Positions 44,888 through 54,346 of a stretch of 64,000 nt of DNA are shown piece after piece. Source of the DNA: a virus. Its lineage: Duplodnaviria > Caudoviricetes. Both the position numbers and the translations under genes were made by a program. How positions within the stretch are numbered: position 1 is the stretch's first letter; the number at the start of each line of letters is the position of its first letter. A model generated the notes under the pieces. It did no database searches, was not told the origin of the DNA, and was given only the letters and a program-made list of their open reading frames with translations. The DNA lies in IMG/VR virus record IMGVR_UViG_3300015615_000196, positions 192,001 through 256,000 of that record. One strand, 5' to 3'.

Positions 44888-46741
44888 ATGGCAGATCAAA
44901 TTTCATTCAATAAACGTACTTTCACCGAATATCGTGACGAATTGGTTTCGATGATAAGAGAAATGTATCCAGAAGTATTCACAGACTTCACGGATTCAAG
45001 CGTTGGTTCAATGCTTATTGATTTGAACGCAGGTGTTGCGAACAATCTCTCAGTAAATACCGACAGAGCATTTCAAGAAACACAACTTGAAAATGCACAA
45101 CAAAGACAATCAATTCTCAACATAGCAAAAAACTTGGGATTCAACATACCGGGTAACCGTGCATCGGTAACTGTAGTTGATTTCAGCGTACAAGTTCCAG
45201 TAAGAGGCGACAGACCAAACGAAACTTACCTTCCGGTTATTCAGGCAGGTGCACAAGTATCGGGTGGTGGGAAAATTTTCGAAACCTCAGATGCTATCGA
45301 CTTCAATAGTGCATTCAGTATCTTAGGCGATCCGAACAGAGCAGAGAGTCCAAACTTTGATGGTAACGGTATTATTCAAAGCTATACAATTACAAAGAGA
45401 GAAGTAGTACTTAATGGTGCTACCAATATTTTCAAGAAGATTATTACCGATACCGAAGCAGCACCATTCTATTCGTTGTTGCTTCCTGACAGTGATGTAT
45501 TAGAGATTACATCAATCATTCTTTTGCCGGGAACAAACTATTCTGGCAATCCAACTGACGCAGATTTTTCAAATCCAGATAACAGATACTATGAAGTTGA
45601 TTATTTGATTCAGCAACGAGTGTTTGTTGATGATCCTAATGGTGGAACAACAAATGCAACGACTGGTGGCACAGGTATCAGAGCAGGAAAGTGGATGGAT
45701 GTCACCAAGAAATTCATCAAGGAATTTACGAGCGCAGGTTTATGCAAAGTAACGTTCGGTGGTGGTAATGGCGATCTTGATTTCTTTTTGGATGGTTTTG
45801 CAAAGGCCGGAGTAACCAACCAGCAATTCTTAAATAACTATTTGCTCAATACATCATTGGGTGAGAAGTTGAAAAAAGACTACACGTTATTCGTAAGATA
45901 TAGAACGGGTGGTGGTACATCATCAAACATTGGTTCAAACGTACTTAGCAGCGTTGGTAATATCAACATGATCATCAACGGGTCAAGAGACGACTTCAAT
46001 AAGCAAGTACGTAGAAGTTTAAGAGTGAACAACCCAATTCCTGCAATTGGTGGTAATGATGGGTTGAGCATCGAACAGATTAGAAATTTGATCAAGTACA
46101 ATTTCAGTTCTCAATTTAGAGACGTAACAATCAATGACTACTTGTTCCAAGTGTACAAAATGCCGGGTAAATATGGCTCACCTTTCAGAGCAAATGCTTT
46201 CAAAGAAAATAACAAGGTGGTTATTTCAATCATTGGAAAGAACAGTGATAATACATTGAACAACACCAGCAACACATTACTACAAGAAAACATTACAGAG
46301 TACTTAACAGAATTCCGTATGGTTAATGATTACGTTGAAGTGCGAAATGGTCAAATATTCAATCTTGCATTAACTTTCGACATCTTCATAGCTGATTCAG
46401 CTAATCAAGGTGAATTGGCAAACAATGTCATTCAAACCGTAAGTGCCTACTTCGATGTAAACACCACCCAAATGAATGAAGACATTTTCTTGGGTGATCT
46501 TTTAAACTCGATAAATGACATCAATGGTGTAATCAACATCATTTCGTGCAAGGTCTTCAATAAAGTCGGTAACGGTTACTCGTTAAACGAAATTGGTCAG
46601 GAATATGTGGATGAAACAACAAAAGAAATCAAATTGATTAACAATACTGTCTACAGTAGTGAAGATTCAATGTTTGAAATCAAGTATCCTCAAAAGGACA
46701 TTGTATTATATCTAAGAAAGAAGACTGACTTATTTAAGTAA
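44888..46741 (+). CDS. Baseplate wedge protein, T4 gp6/J-like
   Basis: TDFTDSSVG..LIDL, AQQRQSILNIAKNLGF, GG.DGLSIEQIR...RDVTINDY. Confidence 0.88.
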   Translation: MADQISFNKRTFTEYRDELVSMIREMYPEVFTDFTDSSVGSMLIDLNAGVANNLSVNTDRAFQETQLENAQQRQSILNIAKNLGFNIPGNRASVTVVDFSVQVPVRGDRPNETYLPVIQAGAQVSGGGKIFETSDAIDFNSAFSILGDPNRAESPNFDGNGIIQSYTITKREVVLNGATNIFKKIITDTEAAPFYSLLLPDSDVLEITSIILLPGTNYSGNPTDADFSNPDNRYYEVDYLIQQRVFVDDPNGGTTNATTGGTGIRAGKWMDVTKKFIKEFTSAGLCKVTFGGGNGDLDFFLDGFAKAGVTNQQFLNNYLLNTSLGEKLKKDYTLFVRYRTGGGTSSNIGSNVLSSVGNINMIINGSRDDFNKQVRRSLRVNNPIPAIGGNDGLSIEQIRNLIKYNFSSQFRDVTINDYLFQVYKMPGKYGSPFRANAFKENNKVVISIIGKNSDNTLNNTSNTLLQENITEYLTEFRMVNDYVEVRNGQIFNLALTFDIFIADSANQGELANNVIQTVSAYFDVNTTQMNEDIFLGDLLNSINDINGVINIISCKVFNKVGNGYSLNEIGQEYVDETTKEIKLINNTVYSSEDSMFEIKYPQKDIVLYLRKKTDLFK

Positions 46742-47427
46742 TGAGTTTGATAAGACGACAGATTCAGTATCAGAGTGGAGCGACCGAATACAATTTCAAT
46801 ATTTTACTCACTGCAAGTGTTAAAGATTGGGGTTTTTTCGATACACTTGACGACACAGAAATGGTCGGACAGATTAACTATGCCGATAGACCAACAACCT
46901 ATGCTGGTAATCAACCCTACGTAAACAGCTACAATTTTTCAAACTATACACCGGATGATTTTCCATCGGGGTTCACGTATACTGTGACCGGGGAATCATT
47001 CAGTCGTCTCAATGAACTTGAGAAGTACGTGGTATCAAATGATCCGAATGTAAAGTACTTCCCATACACTGGTGGAACTGACGGATTAAGCGGTTTCACA
47101 ATTAACGCATCCATGACGGCTTTCACCTACTACGTGGGTGGGATATTGTACACGGATTTGACGGTTAGTGGATCAAGTGCAACGACAACCACATTTTCAT
47201 TCAACGCAATCACAAATAACCCCCTCAATTTTGACAATAAGCGTATCGTAAAATTTGAGAATAAGCAGAACATGGTGGAGAATCCACGAGTTGGAAAGGA
47301 TGTATTTATTGTAAGACAGCAACAGCCTGTATTTGAACGAAATTACCGATTAAGAGCGGTAAATAGCTTAAATGACACGTTGACGTATGCTGGTGGGAAT
47401 TATTTTACAATTTTCGATAACACATAA
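46741..47427 (+). CDS. Putative baseplate/tail structural protein
   Basis: 228 aa in baseplate operon. Confidence 0.55.
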   Translation: MSLIRRQIQYQSGATEYNFNILLTASVKDWGFFDTLDDTEMVGQINYADRPTTYAGNQPYVNSYNFSNYTPDDFPSGFTYTVTGESFSRLNELEKYVVSNDPNVKYFPYTGGTDGLSGFTINASMTAFTYYVGGILYTDLTVSGSSATTTTFSFNAITNNPLNFDNKRIVKFENKQNMVENPRVGKDVFIVRQQQPVFERNYRLRAVNSLNDTLTYAGGNYFTIFDNT

Positions 47428-47430
47428 GAT

Positions 47431-48345
47431 ATGGCAATAGGAACCTTTGGAAATATCAGACCAGCCGACATTAATCCTGCTGATTTAGAAATTTTCTACA
47501 CGTATGCAGTCAATAGAGAAACCGCACCAATTGGTTTCACTGCTTTGACGGCAACAGAAGTATTGACGGAATTCACAATTCCATCAAGCGATCCGAACTT
47601 TGTGAGTGGAGAAGAAAACTTATTGGGCGGCATGTACAACCTTACGCTCAAAGCATCTATCTTCAACCAGTTTGGTATCTACACGATCTTCATCAGACCA
47701 AAAGCAATTCGTACTACGATTACAGATTGCGGTGTATTGTCATCACTCCCATCTGTAAAGGGTATTGTTCTTAATGTGAACGACCTTGACGCAAGTTTAA
47801 GAGGTAACAATGCACTTCAAGGATACCGTGTAGAGTATATTCAAAACGATGGTACTAAATTGAGAAACGTAGTTCGCTACGTGACCACCTCAAACAGAGT
47901 TGTACCTGTAACCGACAACATTTCGAACACGAGCCAAACGGCAGTACGATACAGATTCGATGACTCTGGTAATTTATTGTTCTTACAAGTGACACCGAGC
48001 AGTGCATCGGCAGTAAAGCCAAATATCACTCCGTTTATCGGATCACCGAACCAGAGCATATTGCTTTCAAACACCAACGTCAATCCTGAAACGATTGAAG
48101 TTGAAATTGTTGAAAACACAATTGATAGCTTGGTTGATTACGTTGCTGGTGAACAAATCAGAGACGTGAAGAAAGGTATCTTGACCTACTACGATAAAAA
48201 CAGAGCGATCACAAGACAGTTTGACGTGTACGACATCGAAGACAACATCAATCAGGAAGAGTTATTTGAAGTTAAACAAAAGAGAGAAACCATTGACAAC
48301 AGTCAAGATTTTGATACTGTTACTGGTGACGTGACCGGATCGTAA
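47431..48345 (+). CDS. Putative baseplate/tail structural protein
   Basis: 304 aa in baseplate operon; GTATTTAT at 47302 upstream. Confidence 0.55.
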   Translation: MAIGTFGNIRPADINPADLEIFYTYAVNRETAPIGFTALTATEVLTEFTIPSSDPNFVSGEENLLGGMYNLTLKASIFNQFGIYTIFIRPKAIRTTITDCGVLSSLPSVKGIVLNVNDLDASLRGNNALQGYRVEYIQNDGTKLRNVVRYVTTSNRVVPVTDNISNTSQTAVRYRFDDSGNLLFLQVTPSSASAVKPNITPFIGSPNQSILLSNTNVNPETIEVEIVENTIDSLVDYVAGEQIRDVKKGILTYYDKNRAITRQFDVYDIEDNINQEELFEVKQKRETIDNSQDFDTVTGDVTGS

Positions 48346-48346
48346 T

Positions 48347-51300
48347 ATGGCAAAGATAAAGGTAATAAATAAGAGAGACGGCAAAACAGCCGTTGGTAGT
48401 TCGTTCAGAAACATCCCGTCTGAAACTATTTTCAGTTTTGGTGATTTTTCGGTTGAAACGAACTTTAATACTCGTGTTGTTAAAAACTATAGCAACACTC
48501 TCAGTTCCTTTGTAAAACCAATTACGCTTGAGACTCTAAATGTTACACCGGAAGATTCATTGAAGATAATGAACTTCTCGACCGATGTAAAACTGAACCT
48601 TCAATTATCGGATATTGGTTCGTATGTGAGATACGGATCAACAAAGGAACTTTTGAGAGTTTCGGTTGAGAATATCATCGCAGAATTTCCTTCAAGTTTA
48701 TTCTTATCGTATCAAACAGATACAAGTAAGGTATACTCGGTATTCAACTACAGCTACAATCCTATTTTGGACGTGTCTACGTTTGATATACCATACAACG
48801 CAGTTCACAACACCTTTGGTTTATCAATCAACGAAGGAAATGAACAGTTACCACAAAATAACGTTCTAAGAAACTTAAATATCAGCTACAACAACTACGT
48901 CATTTGGCGTAGTGAGTTTGCTGATGACAATACCCATCAAGTACTCGGATTTACTGGTCTCTCAAATACCAATCCATTCATTCATGTGGTTGTTGCTGGT
49001 GATCCATTCCCGGAAATGACCTCTGGCTTTACAACTCAGGACTTCAAGAACTATCACATGAAGCCTATGCCGTTGTATTTCAACAAGTTCTTTGAAGACT
49101 TGACTCAATTGGAGAAATACATGGTATCTGATAAGGTTGATTTGGGTTACCAAATGATTTTTAAGAAGGCATTCATTTCAGAAGATAGTACTGTTACCTA
49201 TGCAAATCAGACAGTCATTTGGACAACTGGTGACGGTTACAACATTGACATCACTGGCGCACAATACAGCAAGTTCTTGGACGATCTTGGTGATCTTGGC
49301 GATGACTACGATAAGTTCAAGACTGATACAATCATTCGTATGCTTGTACCTCAGTCGTTGTTACAGTATGATACTACCGAAGAAGGTAAGATGTCAAAGT
49401 TGCTCAGAGTATACGGTAGAAACTTCGATAGTATCAAAGTTTATGTTGATGCTCTTGCATACGTAAACACATTTACCTACGATAAGAAAGATAACGCACC
49501 TGATGTAATTGTAAAGAACTTTGCAAAGACATTAGGATGGGATGTAACCACATTGGTTACCGATGATGACTTATTGAGCAGCGTATTCTCGACCACCTCA
49601 ATGAATAAGGACGATGTAACACCACCAGAGGTCGATATTGAACTTTGGAGACGAATTGTCATCAACACAAATTATCTTTTTAAAGCAAAAGGTACTCGTC
49701 ATGCATTGAAGGCTATGTTTTTGTTGGTTGGTATCCCCGAACCATTCATTGACATCAAAGAATATGTTTACACGGTAGATCAGGTAATCGATCCAAATAC
49801 AGTAACCGTAAGTCTTGCTGATTTACCTTCGGCATCTTTACCCTACAACGTTCAAGGATACCCAATTGCCCCGATTGAGACAGAGAAGTTCTATTTCCAG
49901 ATTAGCGGTAGCACCGATTCTGGTCAGGCATATATTGACAACTATAGAAAGGTTGGCTTCAAGGTTAACAGAACAGAAGATAACAAGAAATCATGGGTAA
50001 AGGCAGGTAGTGTTGAGAGAATACACTATTCAACGCCAAACTACTATCAGCGTGACAGCAATTTGATCATCAATACAAAAGAAGTTGATGCAACTCTCGA
50101 CATCGCAAGAGGTATCGAGTACGACATGTTCAAATATAACGTTGAACAGAACTTCCCTATCACAAATACTGGTAGAACCAAGCCGTTTATCTACATCAAC
50201 ATTGCAGCAAGCTATGGCGTATCTGCAAACACATTCACGTTACCCGAAAATGCACAGGGGGATATACAAGTTAACTTCAATGGTTTCAACTTAAAGAAGG
50301 GAACGGATTACACTCAGATCGGTTTGAATCAAGTTCAATTGATTGGTGGTGTCGCACAAACACTTTCAAACGGAGAGAAAGACATAATCACGCTTACCTA
50401 TGCTAACGATCATAATAATACGGGCTTCTACAATCAGGTCAGCTTCGTGGTTACGGCAGTTGCAGCAAACATCAGTGGTATGGTAATTCCATTACCAGAA
50501 GTACCGTTGGGTGAAGTTCAGTTGAGTGTAAACGGAGTGAGCCTTGCAAAGGGCACTACGTTGTATACTGGCGACTATATTACGAATCCGGGTAACCCAT
50601 CAGAATTGTTAGTGGTTAACAGTTCGTTGATGACATACTTGCAAACCAATCCAATTGTGGTTATCTCGTATTTCAAGTCAACACAACCAGAAACACTACA
50701 GAAAAAATCAGAAGTATTCCGTGTTGATAGTTTTAGCAGTGCAAAGTTCTTCTTTAACATTTCGTTGAGCAAGTACACTTATGTGATGGACTATGAAGCA
50801 CCAGACGTATCTGCAATAAAGGTCATTGTTAATGGTTTGACACTTCAAAACACAACGGACTTCATTTTGAATCCTACGAATAAGAAACAAATTTTATTCA
50901 ATACCAGTGGTATCAATATAGGTTACATCATTCACGTATTCTATGTTATCGATACTTCCGCACCAGATGTACCGATTACCTTTGGTGACTTTGTGTTCCC
51001 GGATTTCTCTACAATCAGTTTCTTGGAGTATCTCGAATTGATCAATAGAAGATTGATTAACGTTAAGAACAGAAAGACACTTACTGATCATGAAGGTGGC
51101 ATCTATCCTACAGTACAAAAGCTGTATGAGGAATATCTCAAGAGAAGTTTTGCTCAACCTCCGATTACACCAAGTAACGGATACACGTTCTACAACTTGT
51201 ACCCATTCATCAACAAATTCAATGCTTACTTCCATAAGTTCATTGACCAGATGTTGAGTGCAACAATCATTTTGAAGAAGGGCGGGGTAATGGTTCGTAA

Positions 51301-51529
51301 TACAGACTATACAAAACAGAAGTTCCCGTATCGTAGAGGTGTGAGTTTTATTCAACTTTTAAATCATTTAGGTGATGACGGTTCGGAATTTAAAGTAGCA
51401 GTACCTGCACCAGCAGCAGTGGCATTGTATATCTTCCGTGATGACGAGAACGAACCAGCCTACATTTATCAGGAAAATGAACATCGTCCACCCTATTTAT
51501 TTGTAGAAACCGAAATAACACCACCATAA
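48347..51529 (+). CDS. Large baseplate wedge protein (gp7/tail protein I-like)
   Basis: FAKTLGW...YLFKAKGTRHALK motif; repeated VxxNGxxL beta modules. Confidence 0.7.
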   Translation: MAKIKVINKRDGKTAVGSSFRNIPSETIFSFGDFSVETNFNTRVVKNYSNTLSSFVKPITLETLNVTPEDSLKIMNFSTDVKLNLQLSDIGSYVRYGSTKELLRVSVENIIAEFPSSLFLSYQTDTSKVYSVFNYSYNPILDVSTFDIPYNAVHNTFGLSINEGNEQLPQNNVLRNLNISYNNYVIWRSEFADDNTHQVLGFTGLSNTNPFIHVVVAGDPFPEMTSGFTTQDFKNYHMKPMPLYFNKFFEDLTQLEKYMVSDKVDLGYQMIFKKAFISEDSTVTYANQTVIWTTGDGYNIDITGAQYSKFLDDLGDLGDDYDKFKTDTIIRMLVPQSLLQYDTTEEGKMSKLLRVYGRNFDSIKVYVDALAYVNTFTYDKKDNAPDVIVKNFAKTLGWDVTTLVTDDDLLSSVFSTTSMNKDDVTPPEVDIELWRRIVINTNYLFKAKGTRHALKAMFLLVGIPEPFIDIKEYVYTVDQVIDPNTVTVSLADLPSASLPYNVQGYPIAPIETEKFYFQISGSTDSGQAYIDNYRKVGFKVNRTEDNKKSWVKAGSVERIHYSTPNYYQRDSNLIINTKEVDATLDIARGIEYDMFKYNVEQNFPITNTGRTKPFIYINIAASYGVSANTFTLPENAQGDIQVNFNGFNLKKGTDYTQIGLNQVQLIGGVAQTLSNGEKDIITLTYANDHNNTGFYNQVSFVVTAVAANISGMVIPLPEVPLGEVQLSVNGVSLAKGTTLYTGDYITNPGNPSELLVVNSSLMTYLQTNPIVVISYFKSTQPETLQKKSEVFRVDSFSSAKFFFNISLSKYTYVMDYEAPDVSAIKVIVNGLTLQNTTDFILNPTNKKQILFNTSGINIGYIIHVFYVIDTSAPDVPITFGDFVFPDFSTISFLEYLELINRRLINVKNRKTLTDHEGGIYPTVQKLYEEYLKRSFAQPPITPSNGYTFYNLYPFINKFNAYFHKFIDQMLSATIILKKGGVMVRNTDYTKQKFPYRRGVSFIQLLNHLGDDGSEFKVAVPAPAAVALYIFRDDENEPAYIYQENEHRPPYLFVETEITPP

Positions 51530-51543
51530 GAACTGATTAATAT

Positions 51544-52434
51544 ATGTACAAATACATTGATTTTACGAAAACAGGGGGATTCCCGCTTACACAAGATGTA
51601 ATGGCATTTCTTCAAGACAGCTATGATAAAGTATTTGGAAGCATCGCACAGACTTTGGGCCAATATAACATTCTTACTGGATGTACTTTTGATGGTGGTA
51701 GTGGAAGCTATGGTAGTGGATGGATCACATACAATGGTGAAGTTTTACCTTTTGTGGGTGCTCCGGCTGTTCCAAATGGTGTTATTGTGGTTGAAAGTGC
51801 ACATACAGTAACATACAGAGATACATCAATGAATGCTGTAATTAAGACCAGATATGCTACACTTGGTTCTGGTGGTATACCAATCACGTCATTTAGTATA
51901 AACACACTTGCAAGTTTAAAAAATGGTATTGACGGAGCCAATGCAGCCGCAGCACAAGCAGCCGCAGATGCAGCAGCAGCACAATCTGCGGCAGCAGCAG
52001 CTACATCAACAGCAAACAATGCACTTTCAGTTGCAGGTTCGGCAGGTCTTCCTTCTGGAACAATTATTTTGTGGAGTGGTTCCGTTGGTTCAATTCCCTC
52101 TGGCTTCGTACTATGTAATGGTGGAAGTGGGACTCCTGATTTACGCGATAGATTCGTTGTGGGTGCTGGTCTATCGTATAGCCCCGGTAATACTGGTGGT
52201 GCTAATGGGGTCACGTTAACCACGCCACAAATACCAACACACACTCACACTGTTAACGGACAAACAGGTGGTGATAATAATGACCATAGTAACAACACAA
52301 GATTTGCTGGTGGTGATAAAGGTGTTTCAGAAAGTGCATTCTTTTTCGCAATCAGCAGTGGTTCGGCAGGTGGTAATCAATCACACGAAAACCGTCCACC
52401 ATACTATGCCTTGTGTTATATCATGAAAACTTAA
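51544..52434 (+). CDS. Short tail fibre with tail-collar domain
   Basis: PSGTIILWSG..IPSGFVLCNG..TPDLRDRFVVGAG and HENRPPYYALCYIMK. Confidence 0.88.
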   Translation: MYKYIDFTKTGGFPLTQDVMAFLQDSYDKVFGSIAQTLGQYNILTGCTFDGGSGSYGSGWITYNGEVLPFVGAPAVPNGVIVVESAHTVTYRDTSMNAVIKTRYATLGSGGIPITSFSINTLASLKNGIDGANAAAAQAAADAAAAQSAAAAATSTANNALSVAGSAGLPSGTIILWSGSVGSIPSGFVLCNGGSGTPDLRDRFVVGAGLSYSPGNTGGANGVTLTTPQIPTHTHTVNGQTGGDNNDHSNNTRFAGGDKGVSESAFFFAISSGSAGGNQSHENRPPYYALCYIMKT

Positions 52435-52443
52435 TTAATAATC

Positions 52444-53379
52444 ATGCTATTCTTAACCACACAACCGGATAGCGATTATTACATTTGGCAGCTTCAAGTA
52501 CAGATTAACAATTTCAAAAAGTTTGGATGTGAGGACAAATGCATTGTTATCTTTGGCTACAACCCGGTAATCGGTATCAATCCAAAAGCAAAAGAGTTTC
52601 AGTCTCAGACTACGGCTAAGGTATTATTCTATCCTGATAACCGAGATTTGTCAACCAGACTTTATCTTCCATCGATTCGACCACATTTACTCAAGCAGCT
52701 TTATCGTGAAAATCCAGAAATTATTCTTGATCAGAATTTCTTGTATTTGGATTGTGACATCATATTTGCCGACTATCCAGATTTCAGTGAGATCAATGGT
52801 GAAAAATTTGTTCATGTGAGTGATACAAATGAATTATTTTCGTATGAAGACATCGCAGAGACAAACAAAGAACTCTTTTTCAATATGTGTAAGGAAGTGG
52901 GTATCCCACCATATACTGTTGAGAATTACAAGAACGCTATCGGTGGAATAACATACGCATTTAAATTCTTCCACTACTTCGATTACGATTTTTGGGATAA
53001 AGTGGAACGTGATTCTGTTGCACTTTATAAGATGATGCTGGTAACCAATAACGAAGACAGCATTTCACAAATCATGTCAGTAAACAAATGGGCTTTGATG
53101 TGGAACCTTTGGTTAATAGGATACGATACCAAGGTATCAAACGAATTGAAGGTTATGTGGGCAATGAATAGTATTGAAGATTGGGATGACTACAATTTGT
53201 ACAACAATGCAGGGGTTGAAGAACAGCAAAGTAAGTATTTATTCTATAAGCACGACTATACAGAAAAGTCTCCTTTCGGAGTAGATTTTTCATACGTTTC
53301 TGACAAACATTGTTCATACAAATACGTTGAAGAATTGATCTCTACGGGGAAAGCACTTAAAGCATTGGACAATGAGTAA
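52444..53379 (+). CDS. GT-A fold glycosyltransferase, paralog 1
   Basis: YYIWQ, SIRP and YLDCDIIF (DxD); co-linear with next ORF. Confidence 0.65.
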   Translation: MLFLTTQPDSDYYIWQLQVQINNFKKFGCEDKCIVIFGYNPVIGINPKAKEFQSQTTAKVLFYPDNRDLSTRLYLPSIRPHLLKQLYRENPEIILDQNFLYLDCDIIFADYPDFSEINGEKFVHVSDTNELFSYEDIAETNKELFFNMCKEVGIPPYTVENYKNAIGGITYAFKFFHYFDYDFWDKVERDSVALYKMMLVTNNEDSISQIMSVNKWALMWNLWLIGYDTKVSNELKVMWAMNSIEDWDDYNLYNNAGVEEQQSKYLFYKHDYTEKSPFGVDFSYVSDKHCSYKYVEELISTGKALKALDNE

Positions 53380-54307
53380 TCAGACACTATTCATATCGGT
53401 ACAACCAGACACAGACTACTACGTTTGGCAGTTAATGGTTCAAATGAAGAATTTCAGAAAGTTTAATATCGAGAATAGTGCAATCATCATCTTCGTTTAC
53501 AATCCTCGTACTGGAATAAACAAAACAGCATTAAAATTTGAGAAGAACACTAACGCAGTTGTATTATACTTCCCGGACAACAGAACAGATTACGATAGAA
53601 GATATGTTTCTTCCATTAGACCATATGCACTGGCTGAATTTTATAGACAGTATTATGAGTTGGTGGCAGAGGCAAATGTTTTTTATCACGATTCGGATAT
53701 TGTCTTTACTGAACTTCCTGATTTTAATGCTTTGAGTAAGGAAAATAAAATTATGGTATCAGATACGATGTCGTACATTGGTGCGAAGTATGTGAGAAGT
53801 AAGAGTTACGAGTTGCTTGTTGAAATGTGTAAAATTGTTGGCGTTGATTCTCAACTTGTGATTGACAACGAAGAGAAGACTGGTGGTGCGCAGTACTTCA
53901 TTCCAAACAACCTCAAACTTTCTTCTGATTTTTGGAATAAGGTTAAGTTGGATTCTGTGGCACTTTTTGACTACATGAATTCAACCACATCTAAGTATGC
54001 ACCTTCTGATCCGATTCAGGCATGGACTGCGGATATGTGGGCATTACTCTGGAATTTTTGGTTGATTGGATACGACTCAAAAATTTCAAAAGAATTGGCA
54101 TTCTCATGGGCGACTGATCCAATTGCTTATTGGAAGGCAAATAAAATATTTCACAATGCAGGTGTTACACCAGATCGCAAAAATTTGTTCTTTAAAGGGG
54201 GTTTTATGACTAAAATGCCGTTCGGGGAAGATTTTAGTTATGTCTCAGAACAGTTTTGTTCTAAGAAGTATGTTGAAGAAATCATGTCCACCCCAAATTT
54301 GCGCTAA
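53372..54307 (+). CDS. GT-A fold glycosyltransferase, paralog 2
   Basis: YYVWQ, SIRP, YHDSDIVF (DxD), GGAQY, WTADMWA and FHNAGV. Confidence 0.7.
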   Translation: MSNQTLFISVQPDTDYYVWQLMVQMKNFRKFNIENSAIIIFVYNPRTGINKTALKFEKNTNAVVLYFPDNRTDYDRRYVSSIRPYALAEFYRQYYELVAEANVFYHDSDIVFTELPDFNALSKENKIMVSDTMSYIGAKYVRSKSYELLVEMCKIVGVDSQLVIDNEEKTGGAQYFIPNNLKLSSDFWNKVKLDSVALFDYMNSTTSKYAPSDPIQAWTADMWALLWNFWLIGYDSKISKELAFSWATDPIAYWKANKIFHNAGVTPDRKNLFFKGGFMTKMPFGEDFSYVSEQFCSKKYVEEIMSTPNLR

Positions 54308-54320
54308 ATCCCAAGAATTA

Positions 54321-54328
54321 GTATTTAT
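54321..54328 (+). promoter_or_regulatory. Putative late promoter GTATTTAT
   Basis: Intergenic, before 54347. Confidence 0.65.
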
Positions 54329-54346
54329 TTTAGAACATCGTAAGAT

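Noticed and set aside
51935-52025. Ala-rich GCA repeat in the tail-collar gene as a contingency locus
   Set aside because: Imperfect in-frame repeat encoding an ordinary fibre coiled-coil segment.
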